Below, piece after piece: positions 27,160 through 38,903 of a stretch of DNA of 64,000 nucleotides. Below the pieces are notes generated by a model, which was given only the letters and a program-made list of their open reading frames with translations, was not told the DNA's origin and searched no databases. The stretch's first letter is position 1; each line of letters begins with the position of its first letter. A program made the translations under genes and the position numbers. The DNA is from Podarcis vaucheri (lineage: Eukaryota): the NCBI GenBank assembly GCA_965113315.1, contig OZ220365.1. One strand, 5' to 3'.

Positions 27160-27594
27160 TGTCAGGGAACTGCCATCGGAGCTAGAAGCGGAGGGAAGGC
27201 TCCAGAGGGATGGCGGAGAGGGTCCCAGTAGGGAGAGAGGCAGCCCGTCCGCTGGGGAAGGAAATCAGCGTAACACCAGTAGAGAAGGGGGGCAGATGGG
27301 GGAATCGGAGAGGAGGCTCCAAGACTCCTTGCCGGAGACCAGCGGAGAGAGTACGGGTACTCCGCTGCCCACACCTTCCCTGCGCAGAAGACTTCCGCGC
27401 AGGGAGAGTAGGAGGAGACTTGGCGTCAAGGAACTTTTGTGCTGGAAGAAGTTTAAGAAACGCCCACTGACGGATTCTGCCAGCGACTGAGACAGTCACG
27501 ATGCTGGAGTCTGTTCAGTCAGAAAGGGTTTAACCAGGTAACCTCGCCAGGAGTGGTGGCAACTTACGCACGAGCAACCCCTAAACCCATTACA
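27160..27594 (+). mobile_element. Gypsy-like solo LTR with ORF-bearing U3 (copy 2)
   Basis: TGTCAGGGAACTGCCATCGG...TTACA; flanks agtgg/aatgg; frame 27161-27490 fully open. Confidence 0.78.
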
Positions 27595-29905
27595 AATGGG
27601 AATCAGTGGCCAGAATTTGTGGGGAAAACCGACACATCAGAAGTAATCTTTCATAACTGTATTATGTCACCCCTGTGTTTGAGAATATACAGACATATGG
27701 TTCTACAATGCCAATGACATTCTACCAAGTCGGAGAAGACGACACCCAAGAGCCCTTTTCCAGCACATTGCTATTGTCAAGCAAGTGAGAACAATTTACA
27801 CAATTAGCTTAGAGAAAGCATTACGCCTGCATGTGCTTTTGTATTTTCAACTGTCTGGTATGGTGAAAAGGGGTTCCAATATTCTCTGTTAGACCCACTC
27901 CACCCCTACAAACAAAAATGATTTTAAATAAAGACACAGAGAGAGATCTTTTCTATTGGCTCCAGATTGTGTGTGTGTGTCTGCTTCTACAGAATGCTGT
28001 TGAACTTGCCCTTTGCATCACACTTGCTAGTTAACTCCACAGTATCAGTTTTCTGATCAGAACATGATCGGTTTACTTGACCTAGAGAACGGAGGCAAGG
28101 TTAATGCTAATAAGAACAGTTTCCGTGTTAGAGAACAGCGACAGGGGTGAGGCAGGAAAAGCAAGTTATTGTCAAATGAAACTTTGGGTGAATACATGGA
28201 TGCATGAGGTCCCAAGTTAAGTTACCAGATTCTTCACTCAAAAGGCTTGACAGCAAAGCCTGAGACCCTCTGAAGAGGTGCTGCCATTCAGAGCAGACAG
28301 TACCAGGCTAGATGTACCAATGGTCACAGTCAGCATAAGGCAGCATGTGCTCATATGATTTCTGAGGTCTGGGATTTATATTAACAGGTGGTCAGTTTTT
28401 TGAGAACATAAACTACAGCCATTTCTCAATGAATATTTTGCCCAGTTCTTGTGTTTCATTGAACTAAACTAAATCAGCACAAAAGCATTGTTTAACTGAG
28501 CAATGTTTTTGTGCCAATTCAAAAAAAGTCTACTGTGAACAGCAGTAACCAAATCATCATGGTTTAATCTCATTCACTTGCCTTTTCTACTTCTCTAAAA
28601 GGAGAGTAGTAGAAAAGTTAAGCGACACATGAATCAGAAGAAGCAGGGGCAGAAAATGGTCACAAAGCTGATTGGGGATTAGCTGGAAAGCAGCTGATTT
28701 CGTGGAAATCTAAGCTGGAGCTAATGTTTTTGAAGAGCTCCTTGTTTCACTCACACCGAAGTGGCGAAGATTGCTCCGACATTTCGACTGTTCTTCCAGG
28801 AAACCTGCCAAAGACAAACAAGCTAGCTGCGTGCTCTGACAACACCTGTCATGCAAACAGCCGCCTTCCAAGAAATCCAGTCATGCTCTTTGGAATGAAA
28901 TAAACAGACAGAGTAAAACTTGACCATCACGGCGCCAGGCACAGCGTGACCTTTCCAAAGCATCTGTGTGCTTCAAGTCCACATATGCCCTAGTGTTTAT
29001 CAAATCCAGGACAAAGAAGACCATCACCTTCAGGAATAAATCAGTGATATATTGCTTTGTGAAGCAGGTGTTTCCACAGTTCTAATCTGCTGATCAGGCC
29101 CTGCGGACTCATAGCATTCCCAGAGTGGAGGAGCAAGGTCAACTGTTTGTGCTTCATGCTTAAAGCATGGACATCTTGTCCTCTGTAACAGAAATGGCTA
29201 ACACATCTGATCAACCAGCATTCAACCCTACAAAAAAAACGTAACTGCTCTCTGGCTACAAATGCATATATAGTTGAATGGGGCTGGGTCCTCCTCATAG
29301 CTGTTGCTGCCCCCCTCAATCTAAATTAGTGAGAAGTACAACAAAGTAAGGACATGTATGAACTAATTAAAATTTGAAGGCTCTGTCTAGACTCACCCGT
29401 GCCAGGATCACTGGGGGGGGGGGGCGGTTGATCCTTAGTTTCACGAGGCCATGCTATTCTTGCAGAAAGGAATGTTCTCTTTTATGGACACCCTTCAATC
29501 ATGGACAGCTGAACCTGGAAGACAGCAAACACTTACTGATTGTGTACCCTAAACATCTCAGCTGACAGTAATCAAGACACCTAAACGTTATATGTGCGCA
29601 TGTATAGCCTCTTCTTGGCACCCATTATATGATTTGTCATAGTCTGAAGACCAAGCACAGAAAAGGACTGCTAAAACAGGAAATTAATATTTCATTGTCA
29701 TTAGAAGGGCATAAATATGTTCTGCATGCTTGGCTGAAGCAAAGAAATTAAAGGGGGTGCAGTTTTCCAAAACCTTGAAAGCCCTGTGACATGGCAAGCT
29801 GCACCTGTGGAGATTCCCCCTACCACAAATCTGTTATATACACAGAATGTTGATGCCCTAATGCTGAATAGATGCCTCCCCACTCAATTGTAAAATTGGT
29901 TTATT

Positions 29906-30415
29906 TATTTATTTTTAAGATATTTTATTCAATTTTTACAAAAAAACATACAAAGACAAAAAAAATACAAAATCACAAAAAACAATACAGTACAAAAATA
30001 CAAACATTAAACACATCAAAAGAAAAAAAAGAAAAAAAAGATAAAAACACATATAATAACAAAAAACAAAAATTCCCTCTTTCTTAATTTTTCATCTTCA
30101 GTTGACTTATTTTCCCGACTTCCTCCCGTCTCCCGTCCCTGTATCCCTTTTTAGAAATTAAATCAGCAAATTCATATCCTATTAATTTATCTATTGTTAA
30201 TCCAATCTTATATTTTACTTTGTCGCTAAAGCCCCTGCGATTCATTTCAATGTCCTTAACATTCAAAAATTTTACAATATTTCTGCAAATAAATTTTAAA
30301 TTTCTTCCAGTCTTCCTCCACCGTCTCCTCTCCCTGGTCTCGGATTCTGCCAGTCATTTCCGCCATCTCCATATAGTCCATTAGTTGCATCTGCCAATCT
30401 TCTAAGGTGGGTAGG
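29906..30415 (-). mobile_element. 5'-truncated L1-clade LINE (ORF2 C-terminus, 3' UTR, A-rich tail)
   Basis: LPTLEDWQMQLMDYMEMAEMTGRIRDQGEETVEEDWKKFKIYL is an L1/Tx1-type ORF2 end; ~20-bp TSD aattgtaaaatt(g/a)gtttatt. Confidence 0.85.
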
Positions 30416-31189
30416 AATTGTAAAATTAGTTTATTCTCACTTAACCCAAGCACAACGTTGGCTGCTATAGAAAAGCTCTGCAATATGTATCATACCAATT
30501 TAATATTGTTCTAAAGGAGTGATAGCGGTTTGGCCAGAATGACTGCAAATGTCCCTTCCTAGGTCAGCGGCAAAGTTGCCAGGCAGATCTTCCGTTGGGG
30601 AAGCTGCGGGCAAAATGGTCCAGGAAGGTTTACTGACGAAAGGAAAAGTTGATATCCAATGGGTGAATGGGATGAGCATAACAATATTACCCTAATGGTT
30701 TCTAGGTCTGCTGAAATGACTGTAGCATACCAGCTATAGCAACTCTAGCTAGGCCTAGCTCCCACTAGAGGCAGGCTGCCTGATCTATAGCAAAATTCAG
30801 ACTGCAGGTGCATAACAGTCACATAACAGAATAAACGCTCCTCCATTAACAGCCTCCCCTTTAAAACAAAAACCATATACATGGAGAAGGGTTGAAGGTT
30901 AGTATAGCAGCCTTCTCTCTGACATTCTCGTTTTCTAGGTGCAGGGAGTGTTTTTTGTACAGTACCAACGCCATCTAAATTACAATGGGGTCAATGGTGC
31001 CAGATGTAAATCGGGCAGTATCTGTCAGCACCAGCAAGCTGGTGCTAGGAAAGCAAGGAAGCAAGCCCTCCGCCTGGCTTTTCACTCAAAAAAAGGGAGC
31101 CCAAGGCAAATTGATGAAGTACCACACAATAACTGGAATTCCTCGCTCTGCAAAGCACAGCCTTCCAACATGCCTTGGTACAAAACTCT

Positions 31190-31548
31190 TCTTTAAAGCC
31201 CTAAACGGCCTCGGTCCAGTATAGCTGAAGGAGCGTCTCCACCTCCATCATTCTGCCCGGACACTGAGGTCCAGCGCCAAGGGCCTTCTGGCGGTTCCCT
31301 CGCTGCAAGAAGCCATATTACAGGGAACCAGGCAGAGGGCCTTCTCGGTAGTGGCACCAGCCCTGTGGAACGCCCTCCCACCAGATGTCAGAGAAAAATA
31401 ACTACCAAACTTTTAGAAGACAGCTGAAGGCAGCCCTGTTTAGGGAAGCTTTTAATTTTTAATAGGTTATTGTATTTTAGTGTTCTGTTGGAAGCCACCC
31501 AGAGTGGCTGGGGAAACCCAGCCAGATGGGCAGAGTATAAATAATAAA

Positions 31549-31617
<69 letters not shown>
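31190..31617 (+). mobile_element. L2-clade LINE 3' end with (ATT)n tail
   Basis: FKALNGLGP...RAFSVVAPALWNALP...FRRQLK motifs; microsatellite 31549-31617. Confidence 0.85.
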
Positions 31618-31618
<1 letters not shown>

Positions 31619-32427
31619 CATCATCATCATCATCATATGTTCTCCTAGCCCGTAGAAATAAAATTATATCACTGAAGTTGCTTTGTTTCTAGCCAACTTT
31701 CTCACACACACAAACACGTGTGTTTCAGCCCATGTGATCATAGTCCAACCATGCTGCGAAATTCCGGAGGGATTTCAGACCAGCCCAGTTAATCTTCTGC
31801 AACAAAAACAACATGCAGCTGACTACCCCGTACTGAGGTGTCATTACGACATTTGACTAGGAGGATTTGCTGGAAACCCGACGGCTTCCCCTTTCCAAGC
31901 CCTCCAAGAGCGCTCCCTCCCCCTGACACGTGTCTGCTTGGTAGATATGCTTGTCTCACAAGAAACGTGGAATTCCAGGAGCAAAAAGGCGAGCCTCCGC
32001 CGGACCCCCTTCTACTTGACTTACAACGCAGGCTCAGCACCTCCAGCCAGGCAGTTCCTGAAGCAGCAGAGGCACGAGAAAACACAGGCAAAAAAAGCAA
32101 TCGATGTTGGCTGCAGAGCAGCTCATTTGCCTGCAGACCGGATTTCCTGGTCTTTGCTGATATTTTGTTTTCTCTCTCGTTGGAGTGGCAGCAGCGCGTG
32201 GTGTTTATACAAATTACAGATGGTGTGTTTTTTTTAATGCTTTTATTGTTAGTCGCCTTGGGACCTATCATGGGAAACAATGCATAAATGGGGGGGGGGG
32301 AGAGACGGGCGAACACACAAGTGTCCAAAATAGAAGCAAAAGACAGAAATGTTTTCCCCCTCAGCCTCCATGTGGTAGTGATTAAGAATGCAAAATAAAA
32401 TAAAATAAAACTTGCACAGATGCTTAC

Positions 32428-32560
32428 TCGGCTAGGGAGGAAACGAGCCCGATATTCTAACCCCTCCTTCCTGCTCCTAAACGTGAGAATAAGGCAACGC
32501 TGCCATCTTTGTTGAGGGCGCGACGAAAAGGAGGTGCACCGAGAGACGAGGATGAAATTT
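32428..32560 (-). promoter_or_regulatory. SHLD1: Probable SHLD1 promoter and non-coding first exon
   Basis: Local CpG enrichment (~31.8-32.9 kb), YY1-type AAGATGGC on the minus strand (32502-32509) and a minus-strand donor CCGA|GTAAGC at 32428. The TSS position is inferred. Confidence 0.5.
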
Positions 32561-32954
32561 GTGGTGTCAACCGGTATTATTATAGGAAAACTTGAAGCAT
32601 AATTTTGCGGGGGAACTGTTGGGGCATGGAGTGGAATTCGAGAAGGAAATCCTTCCAGAGTTCATACAGTTAGAAAGCGCTTGGTGGGGGGGGGCTGTGG
32701 TTTTTTTTTAGGGGGGGGTCAAAAAATAGAAGCAGAAGCACCAACAACTTGCATTCCGAAGCATGGCATGTGCACAGCGAAATTTACTTTTAGCCTGTTC
32801 AGCGGGGCTTTGCACCCCGGGAAATGTGCATCGGATTGCAGAAGCACGCATTGTCTGCCAGTGCAAACAAGCTTTCCGTTCTTTATTATTATTATTGTGT
32901 GTATAATGTAATTTCTTAAGACTGAAATCCAATATTATTATTTTTGTTATTAAT

Positions 32955-32955
32955 C

Positions 32956-33004
<49 letters not shown>
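32955..33004. repeat. (AAT)n microsatellite (L2 tail)
   Basis: Read directly from the sequence. Confidence 0.9.
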
Positions 33005-36000
33005 TTTATTAATATTCCGCCCTCCCCAGCCGAAGCCGGGCTCAGAGCGGCTAACAACAGTAAAATAACACAGCATTGTAAAATCAATTCACCATAAAAT
33101 ATAGCCCGCCTTTTTCCTCCAAGGAGTTCAAGATGACATACGATAGGAGGGTTATTGTTTTGTTTTATTATGTGTTTTGTTTTATTGTTTTGTATTTTTA
33201 TGTTGTGAACCACCCAGTGATCTTCAGAGGAAGGGAGTCATACAAATATAATAAACAATAAACAAATAAATGCATGGTTCTCCTGCTATGCATTATTCCT
33301 CACAACAACCCCGTGAGGTGGGTAGGCTGAGAGGCCATGACTAGCCCAAGGTCACCCAGTGAGCTTCATGGCCAAGTGGGGATCTGAACCCTGGTCTACC
33401 AGGTCCAAGTCCAACACTCCAACCACTACAACCCTGCGAACAAGCACCATTGAACTGGATGGGACTTACTTCTGAGTCGATGTACACAGGATTGTGTTAA
33501 ACTCGCAATCCTATGTGTGTGTACGCTCAGGAAATGCTATTATGAGCTACCATGAGTGTCTTTAGACAGAAAGGCAGGATAAAAATATTTTAAATATGTA
33601 AGTACAGAAACTGAAGGAGGAAATGTTATGGAATAGAGTCACAGGAAACTGACAAGTTCCAATAATAATAGCTACAGACAAGCTTGGATAAATAGACCCG
33701 GTTGCTAGGTTTCAGCAGCATATCAGATATACAAGACCATTTCAGTAGAACTAAAGTATTTGGGGCCACCTAGGACATTTCAAACCGGCAACAACGGAAG
33801 AAAAAGAAAAAGTTTGTTTTTATTTTATTTATTAAATTTGTATACTGCCCTCCACCCCAAGATCACAGAGTGGTTCGCAACATAAAAATACAGTATAAAA
33901 ACACAAAATACATAATAAAAACAAAAACAAACCAATAACCCCACTCCCACTATACATTTAAAAGGACATAGAATGTTAATCAGCCAAAGGTCTGGTTAAA
34001 GAGAAAGATTTTCACCTGGTGCCTAAATGAGGCCTTCCTTAAGATCTGGTTGGCTACTGTGAGATCTGAACAAGGTGGACCATTGGCCCAATCTGGCAGG
34101 CTTGTTTTATGTTCCTAACTGTGGTTACTGGGGATAAAGTAACTTAGAACCATCGTTTACAGAGCTGTCTTATTTTCACTGGCTGTAGTTTAGCCACAGC
34201 TTGTATGTGTTTGGACAATGCACTAAATGGATTAAAACTGGAGTGAAATTTTCTGATCTCTTCTTCATGCCATGCTAAAGGAGGCAGGTGGAGCATGCAG
34301 GCTCAGGAGGAGGCTAGTAACATTAAACCACAGCTTAGCACTATATTCAAATGCAGCCACTGATATGGCGGAACTGGTTTGAACACACATTCTCTGGAAT
34401 GTTGTGAATGTGTATCTAAGGTACCTCTACCATACTTTGGATTGTTGTTCTGTCTTCTAAAGATTCCTAGTATAGTGAATTCTGCACCAGATAAAAGCCA
34501 ATTTCAAGTTCACACAGTGACTGTGATCATTGCTTATGAAACATTTTAAACAGAATGCTTAAGCACTTACCTAAATTAAGCAATCAGCCTGTCAAGCTGA
34601 AAAAGATTACAGCTTCACAGTATGTTGACTGGGCCTGTCATTTTTAACATCTTTTTTTTTTTTTACAATGATGTGCAGTGTTTTTTTAAATAAAAAAATG
34701 CCTACTCTAATCTGAACTCAGTATTTATCCTTGATAAATTGTCAATAAGGTATTGTCAATAACTTGCTGATAAAAACCAGTCAAACCAGTATAAGTCCCG
34801 AAGATTCAAGCTAGAGTTATCCAGGCAAAAAAAGGATATTACATGCAACAAATACTATGGGTGTCCAAAGTTTTCTTGTTTTTTTAAATTGGTACTTTAA
34901 AGCGGAATGTGTCTAAGCACATGAGAGTTTAGGACCAGCAGCATTTGTTTGTGTTATGGTGCAGGTGTGGTGTGAAAGCTAGTAATTTGAAGCAAACTAC
35001 CTTTAGCCTTCCTGTTTAGGGTAGCAACAGCCCTACAGAAGAGACGTGTAGAAACACAGAAATGAGCTTGTTACTGGTGGCACTGGTGTTATGGAGTGCC
35101 CTGTTGTTGGCACCTGTCCGTCTTGAGAGACAATGGAATGCCCTCCCTGCTGAATAAAGGAGGCCCATCTTTATTGGCATTCCACTGCCATTTGAAGACA
35201 CATCTGTTTGCTTACTGTTTTTATCTGCAGATGTCCGAGTTATATTTTAAACTGATTGTTCACTGTATGGAATTTATCATGGTTTTGGGCTAGTACAATA
35301 ATCTTATTTTGATGTAAAAACAATGCCTTTATAAGGCATCAGCATCCTATTGAGGTAAGTTTCCCACAGCAAACTCAGTAGGACCCACTGGGAGCCCTCC
35401 AGGGTCCTGACTCCTGGACAGGGCTTGATCCTGCTGGACCTCACCTGCCTTCTGCCCCTGCTAGCTGTGAGCCTCAGCGAAACAAATATGGTATTGGAGC
35501 GCCTATGCTCTGGTCACATGTCACTTCAGCTTCCAGCTGTGTTTGTTTCATAGGGAGCAGCAAGAGTGGTGCAGCTCCTGATATAGTGTTGAGCTCAGTG
35601 GAGAAAGTAAAATCGAGAAATAGAGTGAAGGGAGCCTTTGTGTCTGCAATAGCTATTGTGGTGCTGTCCAGATGTTTTGGATCACAAATCCCGTTATGTC
35701 TGATCATTGGCCACACTGGCTGGAGCTGATGGGAGACCACATCGTCTACCCTTACTTCATGCAATCAGTGGTCAAAACTGAATAGTGTGAAGGTTGCCCT
35801 TTTATTTTAATTTTATGATTAAACATTTCCACAAGTGTAAGTATTTGTTTTTCATACCTATTAGATAGCTGATTAGGAAAGCCATTACTATTTTACAGAT
35901 CCAGCAAATGGCCACTGCACTGCAGTGTCATAAAGTGAATTTGTATTGCAGTGTTATGATCATAAAGTGTCTTTAAAAAAAGATTTTTGTTGTGGTTCTT

Positions 36001-36660
36001 CTGACCTTTCTCTTTGCTTATGCATTAAGCAAACAGCAGAAAAGAGCTGGCATCTCTCACCAAGGATTAAAACTGGGTGGAACAATCAATCGATGAGTCA
36101 GAAACTTGGCTTGTCCTCTTGGGTCAACAGTCAGCAATATTATTGCAATATTATCAGTTTGTCTCAGAGTCTATTTCAGCAGGCAGCCTTTAAGAAAATC
36201 CAACACCTTAAATGTTGACAGTAATTTGCTGAAGTGGTTCCTGTTTCAAATATGCATTGTGAAATTGGGCTGAGGAAGGAACTGTGAAATTCACCTGCTT
36301 TAAATAGAGCAGATTTTTCCTGGTTGCAAAATGCATATACTGCGCCAGTTGTTAATGACACAGGAAATGGTGAGAATGCTTTCATTTTAAGTATCTGGGT
36401 AAACAAGCGGCAGACACACAAAATTTTAAAAGTGGGGAGGAGGGAGGGCAGGACAAAGAGGAGGAATGCTGTAGCAAGGGAATGGTAGGAGGTCTATAAT
36501 GGGAGTGGGAGCTGAAGGATGTGCCTTAGAGGCAGTGGGTAAGGCACCTATATTCCTCCTCACCTCCACTTTTTAACCTACTATATCTGTATGCTTGCTA
36601 CCCACTTAAATAGCAGATGGGATACTAATGGAGTGGTTTAAGGAATGTTGTTAGGGGACT

Positions 36661-36698
36661 TGTTTGTTTGTTTGTTTGTTTGTTTGTTTGTTTGTTTA
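36661..36698. repeat. (TTTG)n microsatellite
   Basis: Read directly from the sequence. Confidence 0.9.
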
Positions 36699-38194
36699 TT
36701 ATTTCATAACATTTATATACAGATTGTTTAAAAACCCCCACCTCAGAATGGTTTTATTCTCAGTGCAAACAAAATGCACTATGTCCTTGTTTAAAAGATT
36801 CTGTGGCATAAATCTTACAATCCTGCACCTTGTTAATCCAAATTCTTCCTCAAAAAGAATTCTTCAATCAATGTAAATTAAGGGAACTTGAGCAACTTTT
36901 CTCATTTTACATATTTATTCTTCAGTTCTTATTATTTTTACATGATCTATTTTGGCTTTGCTCAGCATTGGAAGGGCAATGGTTCTTCATAGGAACCTTC
37001 ATAGGAAAAAGATTCCCAACCCCCATGGACACACAAAAAAGTTGGCCGCAAAATAACAGAAATGTACGGAAATCTCCCATCCCAGGATACCAGCAATGTT
37101 TAGCAAGGTGTTTAACATTCTTTGTTTACTTTTCAAAAGTGGTTTTCACTTCGGCCTTGCTCAAACAGGGAGTTAAACCATCAGTTAGCTTTATTATCAT
37201 TGGTGCAACCTGGCCAAGCATCCTCTTCTGGTCACAAGGAGGAGCCCAGAGGACACTGTAAGGTAACAACCACAGAGAGCTCTGAGCTAGCAACTTGCAG
37301 CAAGGAGAGTTTTTGAGCTTCCACCTGTTGTCCACCTCTCCTGTATACTACCCTTTTGGTTGGACAATTGCAGACTCTTAAAGGGCCAATAGTCTGGCTT
37401 GAAAGTGGGCTCTGCTCCTTTGCTCAATGGCCTACCACCTGCACCATTGGACTGGTGAGGTAGTGTAAGAAGCAGTTAGTTCTTACTGAGAGGCTTCCCA
37501 CCTTCTGGTTCTATGGACCCTGCTGCTGTTGGATCTATTCAGAATGCTGTTGGTGTGCGATGCCAGAGGACTCCATCCCAGCTGTCATGCAAGGGGCATG
37601 ACTCTTTCATTTTGGTATAGCCTTGCGCTAAAAGGCAAAAGAATTTCTTAACACCAACACAGAACATTCCTCAGCATGCAAGGGTTCTCCAAATTGGACC
37701 TCAGGTTGAGGCCCCTCTGAGCTCAGACCCAAATAAAGTCTCAGTTGTTTGGTTTGTTGTCTTTTGACACAGCTTCAATCATTTGCAAGTTTAGGCTATC
37801 AACCACGTTTTGTAAGAACAAGCATAAATTTTGCATAAATTTCAGCAAAGGCTGTTGCAACATTACTCAGACATTTAAAAAAACACCCTTCTGTTGTGGA
37901 AATCATATGATACAAGTGAAGACAGCCTATGATAGAGCTAGCAGAAGTCTACAGTGTAGGCAGTGTTTCAATACAGAAGTCAGGAGAGTAACTCTGAAGC
38001 TTCTGGCTGTGGGTAAATCTTGGGCTGGAACATTGTTTAGCAGGGTTTGTTGTGGAGGGTTGCTGCTGTTGTTGCTGGGGTTATTTGTATCTTTGATTGT
38101 TACGATTTACGTGGAAATTGTTCAGTTTGGTTGTGTACTTTTTGATGTTTTGTTTATTGATTATGACTACTTTTCTTATGTTTGTAGCCACATA

Positions 38195-38533
38195 CCGTAT
38201 TTTCCGCCATATAAGACGCACCCGGCCATAAGACGCACCTGGTTTTAGAGGAGAACAAGAAATAAAAAGTTCTCTCCCTCTCTGCGCAGCACCCCTTCAG
38301 CGAAGCAGCAGGAGAAACGGAGCCCCTTCCATTTCTCCTCCCACTGTGCTCAGGAGGCTTCGGGCGGCTATCCCTGAAGCCAGGAGAGCAAGAGGGATCG
38401 GTGCGCACCGATCCCTCTTGCTCTCCTGGCTTCAGCGAAAGCTGCGCAGCCTGCATTCGCTCCATAAGACGCACGCACATTTCCCCTAATTTTTAGGAGG
38501 GGGAAAGTGTGTCTTATAGAGCGAAAAATACGG
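38195..38533. mobile_element. pogo/Tc2-like MITE family C with internal palindrome
   Basis: TA+CCGTATTTT...AAAATACGG+TA; repeated ATAAGACGCAC subterminal motifs. Confidence 0.85.
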
Positions 38534-38682
38534 TAATTTTTATACGTTGCAAGCCGACTTCAGCAGGGTTTTAACTCTGGAAAGGCGGCATGTAAATAAA
38601 ATGACTGATTGACCTTGGGACTGATTTGCACATGGGAAGTAACAAGGGTCCTTTCCCTCCCTGAAAAGCTTTCGCTTTAAGT

Positions 38683-38903
38683 TACAGATAGGTAGCCGTG
38701 TTGGTCTGCCATAGTCAAAATAAAAAAATCCTTCCAGTAGCACCTTAAAGACCAACTAAGTTAGTTCTTGGTATGAGCTTTCGTGTGCATGCACACTTCT
38801 GAAGAAGTGTGTATCTGAAGAAGTGTGCATGCACACGAAAGCTCATACCAAGAACTAACTTAGTTGGTCTTTAAGGTGCTACTGGAAGGAATTTTTTATT
38901 TTG
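38683..38903. mobile_element. Penelope-type terminal-repeat insertion (inverted pseudo-LTR pair)
   Basis: TSD gctttcgctttaagt (38668-38682, 38904-38918); ~84-bp inverted arms 38716-38799 and 38820-38903; typical GTAGCCGTGTTGGTC end. Confidence 0.85.
38811..38848 (+). ncRNA. Minimal type I hammerhead ribozyme motif
   Basis: GUAU-CUGAAGA-A-GUGUG(CAUG)CACAC-GAAA-GC-UC-AUAC: stem I GUAU/AUAC, intact core, stem II, palindromic AGCU in place of stem III; predicted cut after C38844. Confidence 0.75.

Noticed and set aside
24681-27594. One LTR retrotransposon that captured the SHLD1 exon
   Set aside because: The two LTRs are too divergent, each has its own near-TSD, and no PBS, PPT or gag-pol lies between them.
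31789-32328. 179-aa and 149-aa opposite-strand ORFs
   Set aside because: No recognisable homology or consistent splice structure; lies in the CpG-enriched flank of the putative SHLD1 promoter.
37257-37769. Further old solo LTR (TGTAAG...AATAAA...TGACA)
   Set aside because: No matching TSD; too degraded to support.
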